Below, in pieces: positions 34,436-42,221 of a stretch of 64,000 nt of DNA (position 1 is its first letter; each line of letters opens with the position of its first letter). The stretch comes from Bacteroidales bacterium. GTDB lineage: Bacteria; Bacteroidota; Bacteroidia; Bacteroidales; UBA10428. The notes under the pieces were generated by a model, which searched no databases, was not told the origin of the DNA, and was given only the letters and a program-made list of their open reading frames with translations. The stretch lies in the NCBI GenBank assembly GCA_016929525.1, contig JAFGIP010000045.1, forward strand, positions 9,152 through 73,151, written 5' to 3'. Both the position numbers and the translations under genes were made by a program.

Positions 34436-37400
34436 TTAATCTTTCACACAGCGTACTGAGAAGCCATTAGTTCTTGTGCCATTCATTGTACTCGGATAAA
34501 ATCGATCTGTCAAATAATTAAGACCTGCATATCTGGAGTACATATAATCAAGTTCCTGTGAAGACCAATGGTAACCGTTTGTTCCCATATTATAAGAAGT
34601 ACCGTCACTATACCCTCTTACGCCACCAGGTAAACCTGTAAAACCGGTTTCATTTGTTGCCCCGGTATTTGGAGAAGTCCAATGAGTTGTTCCGATTTCT
34701 TTTAATTTACCCCCGGCAACTTCCTCTCCACCGAGAAAATCTGATAATTCAACCCACTCTGCACTGCTCGGAACATGCCATCCATTCGGGCATACACCCT
34801 GCACACCACTGGGATTAGCAGTGCTGCTGGATTCATCATTCATTACTGCAGCCCAAGTATATAGCAACCCATACGTTTCTTTATTTGCTATATCATCATT
34901 ATAAACAAACCAATATTTTGTCGTATAATCACCTGTTATACTTCCAACTCCTGTTCCGTCTACCAAAGGCGTTCCATCAGAATAATATGTTGTCTCCAGA
35001 TTTTCTGCCATCCACCACTGATTGCCGATTTTAACGGTATTATATACGTTGCCGTCGTAGTCGGTAACTGTACCTGTTGTGGCCCCTGATCCGGGATAAA
35101 CATGCACCGTGAACTCATCTTCCCAGCATAAATCCTCGGAATGTGCACAAATATATAGTGAAAATACTACATCTTTTTCCGGGCAGTCCTCAGAGACAGT
35201 AAATGTAAAACCGGGATTATTATCGGTAGTGCCCGCCATAATATCACCATAATATACTTCACCATCCTGGACTTCACTTATATATTCTACATACAGATCA
35301 TCGGTCGAATATATAACATCTACGTTATGTGCATCACCATCGCCGTTGTTGATCAGTGTAATGGTCATGTTAATAAATTCACCCGGCTCAACAAGACCGT
35401 CATTATCGCCATCGGAATCGTCAATTGAATGACTTAGGTATTCAATGACCGGGGTTGGAATTTCTTCCTCGTTTACCTGAACTGTTCTGGTTGTTTCATC
35501 AGTTAAACCTTCTGTATCTCTTACCTCCATTCTAACAGTATATGTTCCGTTAGTCGCATATTGATGATATTCAACCTTATTTGTTAACCAACCTGTATCC
35601 CAAATACCATTATTTTCCCAATCCCACCTTACCTGAAGTAATGATACAGGATCCTGGCCATCGCTGGATGCAGAAGCATCGAATCTGAAATTGGTTGTAG
35701 TTGTTCCGGATGAAGGATCAATGTAAAAATAAGCATCCGGTGCAGTATTTTCTTCATTTACCTGAACAGAACGTGTTGTCTCATCTGTTAAACCACCATT
35801 ATCTCTCACCTGCATCCTTACTGTATATGTTCCGGGAGTTGAATATTGATGATACGTAACTTTATTTGTTGAAAACCCGGTATCCCAGCTTCCATTATTC
35901 TCCCAGTCCCATCTAACCTGTAGCACAGACACAAGATCCTGGCTGTCGCTGCATCCGGAGGCATCGAACCTGAAATTTGTTGCTGTTGTACCGGAGGAAG
36001 GATCAACGTAGAAATCAGCATCCGGTGGCGTATTTATTTCATTTACCTGTACCGAACGTGTTGTCTCATCTGTTAATCCACCACTATCTCTTACCTGCAT
36101 CCTCACTGTATATGTTCCGGGAGTTGAATATTGATGATACGTAACTTTATTTGTTGAAAATCCTGTATTCCAACTCCCATTGTTTTCCCAGTCCCACCTC
36201 ACCTGCAGCGCTGATACAGGATCCTGGCTGTCGCTGCAATCAGAGGCATCAAATCTGAAATTTGTTGCCGTGGTACCAGATGAAGGATCAACGTAGAAAT
36301 CAGCATCCGGTGCAGTATTCAGATATCCCTCATCTTCTGCAATGATTTGCTCCCACCTTGCCAGATTCATCGGAGGAGGCATAGGTAAACTATATCCTAA
36401 TATCTCAGCCTCTATTCCAACGTTGGCATCCACTCCACCAGCTAATAACCAATGCCAGTACAGCTCAGATAGTTCAACTTCACCAGCAAATCGTAAATAT
36501 GGTTCAAGTTCCAAATAAGGACCAACAACTTCATAAAATGTGACGCTTATTCTTGGTGCAACATAAGCCCTGGCTGCAACATCTCCATGTAAATCCCAAT
36601 CTGGTTCATGCATATTAAAGTCACTCCTTTGCTCCCAAATAGGCTGCCATTCATCCCTTCTGTTATAATAATAATCAATACCAACTTCTAACGACTGAGT
36701 TGCATCAAATCCAGTCGTGAAACTCCCATTAATATCAAGTGATGTTTCAAATCCTACAAAAAGCTTGAGTTCAATTACCATTACAAAAATTCCAATGGGA
36801 ATAGGATAGGTATTTTTATAAACCATTCTTTCGCGTGAATACTCCAGCGGATAATCACATAATAATTCCAAATCACAATCAAAATAGAGTTCACCTTCTG
36901 CTGAAAGCATAAATTCATATAAAAAAGGTGGAAAAATTCCTATATCCAGTTTACGATGTATTGTAGGTGTGAATTGAATCAAACCATTCTTAATCCTTGC
37001 ATTTAGACTAATTCCTTCAACATTACCAGAGTATAATTCAAAGTTTGAAAGACTGATTGATATCGGATCAAATTGAGTGCTTTCTTCATACTTACTGTTT
37101 CTTTTAATACTTGCTCCTTCAGCTAAATAATCTATTCTTGACGGGAAGATATTACTGGCTGCTGATGTTGGATATTCATCATTTCCAAATAGTGCGATAG
37201 AATCAATTATAGTACCGTCTTCAATAAGATCCGTCAGTCTTCCTTGTGCAGTAAAAAGAATCACTTGATCTCCATCTTGCACAATATGAATAATAATTCT
37301 TAAATAACCCCCATTGTCATAATTGACAAGCACCTGCCCTACTTCAAAATCATCAATGTCAGCATTTTCATATATATAAAGTCCATCAGCAAGTTCCAGC

Positions 37401-37804
37401 GAATCGCTCACTAGTGTTATCACATTTGTATCAACAACAAATACATTACGTTTGTATTTAATAACATTCACATTCGCAGTGTCTGAGTTGTATGCCGGGC
37501 AACCGCTTACTGTAACACGGGCTTTATAATAAGCAGAGCTGTCCGCAACAACATAAATCGTGTCGTTTGTGGCACCTTCAATATCTGTCCAGTTAACAAG
37601 GTCATAAGACTTTTGCCACTGAATATTGCCAAAATAGTCCCTGAGCTCTATCATAATGGTATCACCTTTATTCACTGTTTCATCCGGACCATAATATACA
37701 GCCTGTGAATAGGTTTCGACACAAAATAAAGAGAGGATAAAAACAAAGAATAAGTTTATTCGAAAGTTTGTATCTTTTTTATTCAATAATGATTTTGCTG
37801 ACAT
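34436..37804 (-). CDS. Large secreted protein: novel N-terminal region, 3 PKD domains, Ig-like/CARDB-like region, C-terminal FISUMP (Fibrobacter succinogenes major paralogous) domain
   Basis: Signal peptide. Three 95-aa PKD-type repeats (FYVDPSSGTTATNFRFDAS...YTVRMQVRD). The C-terminus fits the FISUMP pattern (DYDGNVYNTVKIGNQWWMAENL...CPNGWHVPSSAEW...GGKLK...GFSVRCVKD). Confidence 0.85.
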   Translation of the reverse strand: MSAKSLLNKKDTNFRINLFFVFILSLFCVETYSQAVYYGPDETVNKGDTIMIELRDYFGNIQWQKSYDLVNWTDIEGATNDTIYVVADSSAYYKARVTVSGCPAYNSDTANVNVIKYKRNVFVVDTNVITLVSDSLELADGLYIYENADIDDFEVGQVLVNYDNGGYLRIIIHIVQDGDQVILFTAQGRLTDLIEDGTIIDSIALFGNDEYPTSAASNIFPSRIDYLAEGASIKRNSKYEESTQFDPISISLSNFELYSGNVEGISLNARIKNGLIQFTPTIHRKLDIGIFPPFLYEFMLSAEGELYFDCDLELLCDYPLEYSRERMVYKNTYPIPIGIFVMVIELKLFVGFETSLDINGSFTTGFDATQSLEVGIDYYYNRRDEWQPIWEQRSDFNMHEPDWDLHGDVAARAYVAPRISVTFYEVVGPYLELEPYLRFAGEVELSELYWHWLLAGGVDANVGIEAEILGYSLPMPPPMNLARWEQIIAEDEGYLNTAPDADFYVDPSSGTTATNFRFDASDCSDSQDPVSALQVRWDWENNGSWNTGFSTNKVTYHQYSTPGTYTVRMQVRDSGGLTDETTRSVQVNEINTPPDADFYVDPSSGTTATNFRFDASGCSDSQDLVSVLQVRWDWENNGSWDTGFSTNKVTYHQYSTPGTYTVRMQVRDNGGLTDETTRSVQVNEENTAPDAYFYIDPSSGTTTTNFRFDASASSDGQDPVSLLQVRWDWENNGIWDTGWLTNKVEYHQYATNGTYTVRMEVRDTEGLTDETTRTVQVNEEEIPTPVIEYLSHSIDDSDGDNDGLVEPGEFINMTITLINNGDGDAHNVDVIYSTDDLYVEYISEVQDGEVYYGDIMAGTTDNNPGFTFTVSEDCPEKDVVFSLYICAHSEDLCWEDEFTVHVYPGSGATTGTVTDYDGNVYNTVKIGNQWWMAENLETTYYSDGTPLVDGTGVGSITGDYTTKYWFVYNDDIANKETYGLLYTWAAVMNDESSSTANPSGVQGVCPNGWHVPSSAEWVELSDFLGGEEVAGGKLKEIGTTHWTSPNTGATNETGFTGLPGGVRGYSDGTSYNMGTNGYHWSSQELDYMYSRYAGLNYLTDRFYPSTMNGTRTNGFSVRCVKD
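35465..36319 (-). repeat. Three tandem 285-bp coding repeats (PKD modules) inside the 34436-37804 gene
   Basis: Unit boundaries are at 36319, 36034, 35749 and 35465 (the Asn codon of the NT(A/P)PDA motif recurs every 285 nt). Units 1 and 2 share long identical stretches such as ACTGTATATGTTCCGGGAGTTGAATATTGATGATACGTAACTTTATTTGTTGAAAA. Confidence 0.9.
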
Positions 37805-38162
37805 AATGGGCTTTTTCGTTGTAAATTATTAGCAGGTAAACACCTTTACGGTCGCTTAAATTTATTTCCTGTATCCTGTTTTCTTTATTGAAAAATAGTT
37901 GTTGGTCAAGAACTGTTGCACCTGAGATCTCAATGACTTTTAAGTTTAGTTCATTAATATTCCCATCAACTTCAATCGAAAACATTCCGCGGTTCGGGTT
38001 TGGATATACCTTTACTTCGGTTTCGAGAAATGTATTTTCAATATTGGTTATACAGTCGTTAATGCCGGTTTGATCAATCTCAAGGATAATATGCTTATCC
38101 TGTGACATTAAACTACAGCTTAACATAAGCACGATAAATATTATAATTACTCTCATTTTCAA
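37779..38162 (-). CDS. Small secreted protein that is essentially a signal peptide plus a T9SS C-terminal sorting domain (127 aa)
   Basis: MKMRVIIIFIVLMLSCSLMSQ signal. The tail fits the T9SS type A sorting domain (VKVYPNPNRGMFSIEVDG...IEISGATVLDQ...GVYLLIIYNEKAHYVSKIIIE). Its 3' end overlaps the start of the downstream 1122-aa gene by 26 nt. Confidence 0.7.
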   Translation of the reverse strand: MKMRVIIIFIVLMLSCSLMSQDKHIILEIDQTGINDCITNIENTFLETEVKVYPNPNRGMFSIEVDGNINELNLKVIEISGATVLDQQLFFNKENRIQEINLSDRKGVYLLIIYNEKAHYVSKIIIE

Positions 38163-38336
38163 TGATTTTGAGGCAAATTATAATTTAATAAATCTAAAGT
38201 CAAGATATTTTTGACTAATTAAATTAATAAGATTTCATATTGCACGTATTTATTTATAAACAAGCCGGTTAACAACTATATGAGGATCACTAATGTGATT
38301 ATACAGATTTTTAGACGCAACCTGATATTACTTATT

Positions 38337-38504
38337 TCACAAATGATATCGCGTAACTCACAAATGATATCGCGTAATTCACAAATGATATTGCTTCTTT
38401 TACAAATGATATCGCTTCTTTCATAAGCGACATTGGAAATTTTATAAGTGACGCTGCATGTTCCAACAAGGATGTTGCGAATTTCAAGAATGATATCTGA
38501 CGAC
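38337..38504. repeat. Eight degenerate 21-bp tandem direct repeats
   Basis: The units in order are TCACAAATGATATCGCGTAAC, TCACAAATGATATCGCGTAAT, TCACAAATGATATTGCTTCTT, TTACAAATGATATCGCTTCTT, TCATAAGCGACATTGGAAATT, TTATAAGTGACGCTGCATGTT, CCAACAAGGATGTTGCGAATT and TCAAGAATGATATCTGACGAC. The phase is exactly 21 nt, and similarity decays towards the hairpin array. Confidence 0.85.
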
Positions 38505-38743
38505 CCAACTCGCGCGCTTTTATAAAGCGTGCGGTATCTATTATATACTTATTTAAAATGATCAGAACTATAAACCAACTCGCGCGCTTTTATAAAGCGT
38601 GCGGAATCTATTGTATAAGTAATAGTGTCAGTTGCCCTATACCCAACTCGCGCGCTTTTATAAAGCGTGCGAAATCTATTGTATAAGTACTATTGTCAGT
38701 TGCCCTATACCCAACCCACGCGCTTTTATAAAGCGTGCGGTAT
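38504..38743. repeat. Array of four ~68-bp units, each with a GC-rich hairpin (REP-like), abutting the 3' end of the RAYT-type gene
   Basis: The hairpin CGCGCGCTTTTATAAAGCGTGCG occurs at 38511-38533, 38581-38603 and 38649-38671, with the variant CACGCGC... at 38717-38739. Each is preceded by CCCAAC(T/C)C and followed by ATCTATT. Confidence 0.9.
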
Positions 38744-39292
38744 CTATTTAACGAGTACTATTGGCAGATGGCCAATACCGCCAGCATAGTTTATGGCAGA
38801 TGAATATTTGTAATCTTCTTCGTTTACTACCAATTCTTCGGTTACAGGATTTTCGTGGATGTAATTAAGTTTTTGTTCGAGAATTTCTCTTGTTGTCAAT
38901 TCAATAGGATGAAATCCGTCTTTCCATATCTTATAATTTTGACCTCTTTTAATCCGGTTAGCAGCAAAGGCAAATTTCTTTAACAACCATTCCCTTCTGC
39001 TTTCCGGATATTCGTTTATGGCTGTAATGAACTTCTTTGCTGTAAATTTCTTGAAGTCTCTGATTGTATTTGCCAATCTGAAGTTTTCACCTGAACTGAC
39101 GATTAGATGAATATGATTTGACATGATTACATAGGCATATATAACTAATTCTTTATTATGTATACAATGTTCCAATGATTCAATAATAATATGTTTATAA
39201 ACCGGTCTAGTAAAAAGATCTACACAGTTTATTGTAGTACACGTAATAAAATATAATCCTTCAGGGTTTCTGACTTTGTATTTTTCTGACAT
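38744..39292 (-). CDS. IS200-like HUH/Y1 transposase family protein, REP-associated tyrosine transposase (RAYT)-type
   Basis: HUH motif in SNHIHLIV and a catalytic-Tyr context LNYIHENPV near the C-terminus, with a ~180-aa size. The likely start is ATG at 39292 (MSEKYKVRNPEGLYFITCTT); the longest ORF extends to 39409. Hairpin repeats flank it. Confidence 0.8.
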   Translation of the reverse strand: MSEKYKVRNPEGLYFITCTTINCVDLFTRPVYKHIIIESLEHCIHNKELVIYAYVIMSNHIHLIVSSGENFRLANTIRDFKKFTAKKFITAINEYPESRREWLLKKFAFAANRIKRGQNYKIWKDGFHPIELTTREILEQKLNYIHENPVTEELVVNEEDYKYSSAINYAGGIGHLPIVLVK

Positions 39293-39455
39293 TAACGAAT
39301 TTAATCCTTGACAAATGTAAATGTTTCGGATTACAAATCCTATGTTATTGTTGTCAAATAACAGACTGGCACACTTAACATAAGCGCGCCAGTGGATAAA
39401 CTTCATCATTCAAACTTTGCCAAACCCCTGCCTGCATTTTTATAATAAGTTCCGT

Positions 39456-40640
39456 TTAAACAGAAGGTTTCCTGAACCTTATTCCAAAGTCCATATAGGT
39501 TAATGCCCGCCATACCCATTCTAAAGGTCCATAATAAAATTTCTTATTCCAGTAATCGCTGAAGACTGCCTGCAATGTGAAGATCATTAATCCGAGAATC
39601 AGGCTCCATGTCGATCCGAGGTATTTGTATAATGCAAACCCGTAACCGTAAAAAATAATAACACCAAGAACTGCCTGAAAGATATAGTTCGACAAGCTCA
39701 TTTTACCATAAGCGGCAAAAAGCCTGAAAATATAAGCATTTTGAAATTTCAGGTATATCAGAATAATCAATGTAGTTATAACAGATGTGATCGCGAGATT
39801 GGAATAAGAAGTCAAAATAGTACTTATTAGCGATAATTGCAGTCGGGTATATGAACTGTCTGTAAAGAACTTTCCTGAATAATAAAACACAAAAAACAGA
39901 ACAATACTAATTACCAACACTTTAAATAAAGATCGCTTATAATCTGATATCTTTTCAAAAACCCGGGTTCTTCCCAGGATCATACCCACTATAAAAAGTG
40001 TAATAAGCTGCAGGTATCTGCCGTTATAAATAGTCCATGCCCACACAGAGATCCTGCCTTTCCAGAAATTATATTTTACAACATCAACAAAATTCCCCGT
40101 TGCATACACATTGTTACCTTCTGCCCAGTACTGGGGAATTTTGTTTGCATATTCATATTCAGGTACACTGAATGACCTGATCAAATGATAAATCATTGGT
40201 ATTTGCAGAACAAGAAGAACGGAAATGCAAAGCAAAATTTTTGTATTCACCCTGTAGATGAATAATAACGGTATTGCCAGCAGCGCATATATGTGTAAAA
40301 TATCACCCCTGTATATTAATGAGTGAATAAACCCCATCAACAGCAATATTGTTAACCTCCAGATAAACCTTCCCATAAAATTGACCCCTTCGTTCTTTTT
40401 TCGATCCATCTGGATGAAAAAGCTAAATCCGAATAACAATGCGAAAATGGAATATGCTTTACCGCTTATTATAATGAAGATCCACTCCATAACCCTGTTG
40501 TCGGTTTCCTGCGAAAAGAGGAAGTTTATTTCGGGATTCATAAAGAAATCGAAGTGTTCTACGTAATGAATTAATACAATTAATAATAGTGCGAATCCGC
40601 GCAGGGTATCTACAATTAAAATTCTTCCGGTTTTATTCAT
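39456..40640 (-). CDS. DUF418 (YeiB-like) family integral membrane protein
   Basis: N-terminal RILIVDTLRGFALLLIVLIH, multiple TM helices, and the C-terminal family signature GPLEWVWRALTY. Confidence 0.8.
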   Translation of the reverse strand: MNKTGRILIVDTLRGFALLLIVLIHYVEHFDFFMNPEINFLFSQETDNRVMEWIFIIISGKAYSIFALLFGFSFFIQMDRKKNEGVNFMGRFIWRLTILLLMGFIHSLIYRGDILHIYALLAIPLLFIYRVNTKILLCISVLLVLQIPMIYHLIRSFSVPEYEYANKIPQYWAEGNNVYATGNFVDVVKYNFWKGRISVWAWTIYNGRYLQLITLFIVGMILGRTRVFEKISDYKRSLFKVLVISIVLFFVFYYSGKFFTDSSYTRLQLSLISTILTSYSNLAITSVITTLIILIYLKFQNAYIFRLFAAYGKMSLSNYIFQAVLGVIIFYGYGFALYKYLGSTWSLILGLMIFTLQAVFSDYWNKKFYYGPLEWVWRALTYMDFGIRFRKPSV

Positions 40641-40790
40641 TTCCTGAAACTGAGATTTGTGAATTGATTATCATGAGTCTTTTGGCGTTTAATTGAAGGT
40701 TGTTAAAATAATAACATCATAGAAATTATTAAAATATATAATTGCGAAAATCAGTTGTTTCAAAATAATATTTGTTCTGCAGGCGATCAC

Positions 40791-40920
40791 TTAACCCGCG
40801 CGCTTTTATAAAGCGTGCGGAATCTACTGTATAAGTACTAGTGTCAGTTGCCCTATACCCAACTCGCGCGCTTTTATAAAGCGTGCGGAATCTATTGTAT
40901 ACTTATTTATAATGACCAAA
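40791..40920. repeat. Two further REP-like hairpin units, same orientation as the 38504-38743 array
   Basis: The hairpin CGCGCGCTTTTATAAAGCGTGCG occurs at 40797-40819 and 40865-40887. The first unit's tail, CTGTATAAGTACTAGTGTCAGTTGCCCTATA, matches the tails at 38611-38640 and 38681-38709. Confidence 0.9.
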
Positions 40921-41143
40921 ATTGCAAATCCTTGCACATTGCTGTAATCAGTAAATTAGTCACGCATCATTCAACTTCGCTAGCACTTTCACTAAAAGTT
41001 ACAGTGCTCAAGGAAAGCTTCGTTGAACAAAGAATGCACGCCAGTGGGAATTTCGTCTTTACGGGATTAACATTTATTTACCTGTTAACAAAATTTAAAG
41101 GACAACGAACCCAACTATTTATTACCTTTGATGCACTTAAATT

Positions 41144-41491
41144 ATGAGAGCATTAGCGCTGATATTATTTGTATTCCTTTTCTATCTGGGTAATTCTTAC
41201 GAATATTTTCAGGTCAATTTCGGTTTGGATTATAGTCTGGACAATTCCGAAATACCCTCAGAATTATTCTTCAATGTAACCAAAAGTGAGTTATGTGAAT
41301 ATCACCTTCAGGAAGGAACATTGAGTAACCCGGAGAAGGATGATAACATAGATAAGTCTGTTGTTCAGATATCACACCGCTGTTATCTTTTTAATATTCA
41401 TAGTAAGATCTTTGATCTTACCGATCTTTCAGATAATTACTTACAACATCTATCATTTCTTTTATTAGATCTGCCTCCACCATTGATTTAG
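41144..41491 (+). CDS. Hypothetical small protein with N-terminal hydrophobic segment (115 aa)
   Basis: ORF only, with N-terminus MRALALILFVFLFYLG. No recognisable domain. Confidence 0.4.
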   Translation: MRALALILFVFLFYLGNSYEYFQVNFGLDYSLDNSEIPSELFFNVTKSELCEYHLQEGTLSNPEKDDNIDKSVVQISHRCYLFNIHSKIFDLTDLSDNYLQHLSFLLLDLPPPLI

Positions 41492-41589
41492 AAATAACAG
41501 TCCTGCTAATAAAGTTACATTAACATTTTTTACAACAATATTCCTTTAGTAAATATTGTTATTACAATATAACGGTATATAAATTTATT

Positions 41590-42198
41590 ATGATGACTAG
41601 AAATTTAAAGGATTTAACAGACAAAGAACTTGAATCATTAATAAATGATGAGAAAGAAGATTTCGGGTTACGCAAAGATGCTTTGCAGTACATAAAAAAA
41701 GCCGAAATAATCTACAAAATCGCTGAAACCTCTGAAAATGACTGGATCAGGCTTGAAGCAGCCACACTATCAAATAATCGAAAAGTACTTAAAAACCTTG
41801 AACTAAATCAGGATAAACAAATAAAACTACAGGCTGCTGTTGAACTTAAAGATCAGGAAATGCTTAAACAAATTGCCGAGGACAGATCGGAAGATGTAAA
41901 TAGTATTATCGCCCTGAATAATATTTCTGATAAAAACACGCTTGAAAAAATAGCATTAAACGGTGCCAGCGATAAAATAAGGACAGAGGCCGCCATCAGG
42001 GTCAGAGATACAAAAATTATTAAGAAGCTGGCGACCGAAATTCATAATGACTGGCTAAGATATAAACTATGTCTTTATGTAAATGATTTAGGTCCGTTGC
42101 AAGAGTTGGCAAATTCAACAAGCGACAAGCGGCTTCAATCCATTATTAATGAAATACTTGAAGTAATTAACCCTGCAAATGAAGAGGATATCGATTAA
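41590..42198 (+). CDS. Hypothetical alpha-helical repeat protein (HEAT/PBS-lyase-like repeats)
   Basis: About five ~30-aa repeats of the pattern (D/N)..(I/V)R..AA......(L/I)..(I/L)A (DWIRLEAATL, QIKLQAAVEL, DKIRTEAAIRV and others). Confidence 0.55.
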   Translation: MMTRNLKDLTDKELESLINDEKEDFGLRKDALQYIKKAEIIYKIAETSENDWIRLEAATLSNNRKVLKNLELNQDKQIKLQAAVELKDQEMLKQIAEDRSEDVNSIIALNNISDKNTLEKIALNGASDKIRTEAAIRVRDTKIIKKLATEIHNDWLRYKLCLYVNDLGPLQELANSTSDKRLQSIINEILEVINPANEEDID

Positions 42199-42221
42199 TT
42201 GAGGTCAGGTTTTTTATTGAA

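Noticed and set aside
38279-38548. Protein-coding gene for the 90-codon open minus-strand frame with a heptad pattern across the 21-bp array
   Set aside because: It has no ATG. The only TTG/GTG codons are within the last 14 codons. The frame runs through a hairpin repeat. The open frame is most simply a by-product of a 21-nt (7-codon) repeat period, though a gene remnant cannot be excluded.
38504-38743. CRISPR array: ~30-bp palindromic repeat with ~38-bp spacers, four units at a ~68-bp period
   Set aside because: The spacers are homologous to one another and to the 3' end of the adjacent gene. There are only four units. No cas genes are in the window. The same unit recurs 2 kb away. This fits REP-like or IS-end repeats, not CRISPR.
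40848-41147. 99-aa ORF from the six-frame track (TTG start)
   Set aside because: It begins inside a hairpin repeat unit (MPYTQLARFYKACG is the translated repeat) and continues through AT-rich spacer with low-complexity, non-protein-like sequence. It is very likely spurious.
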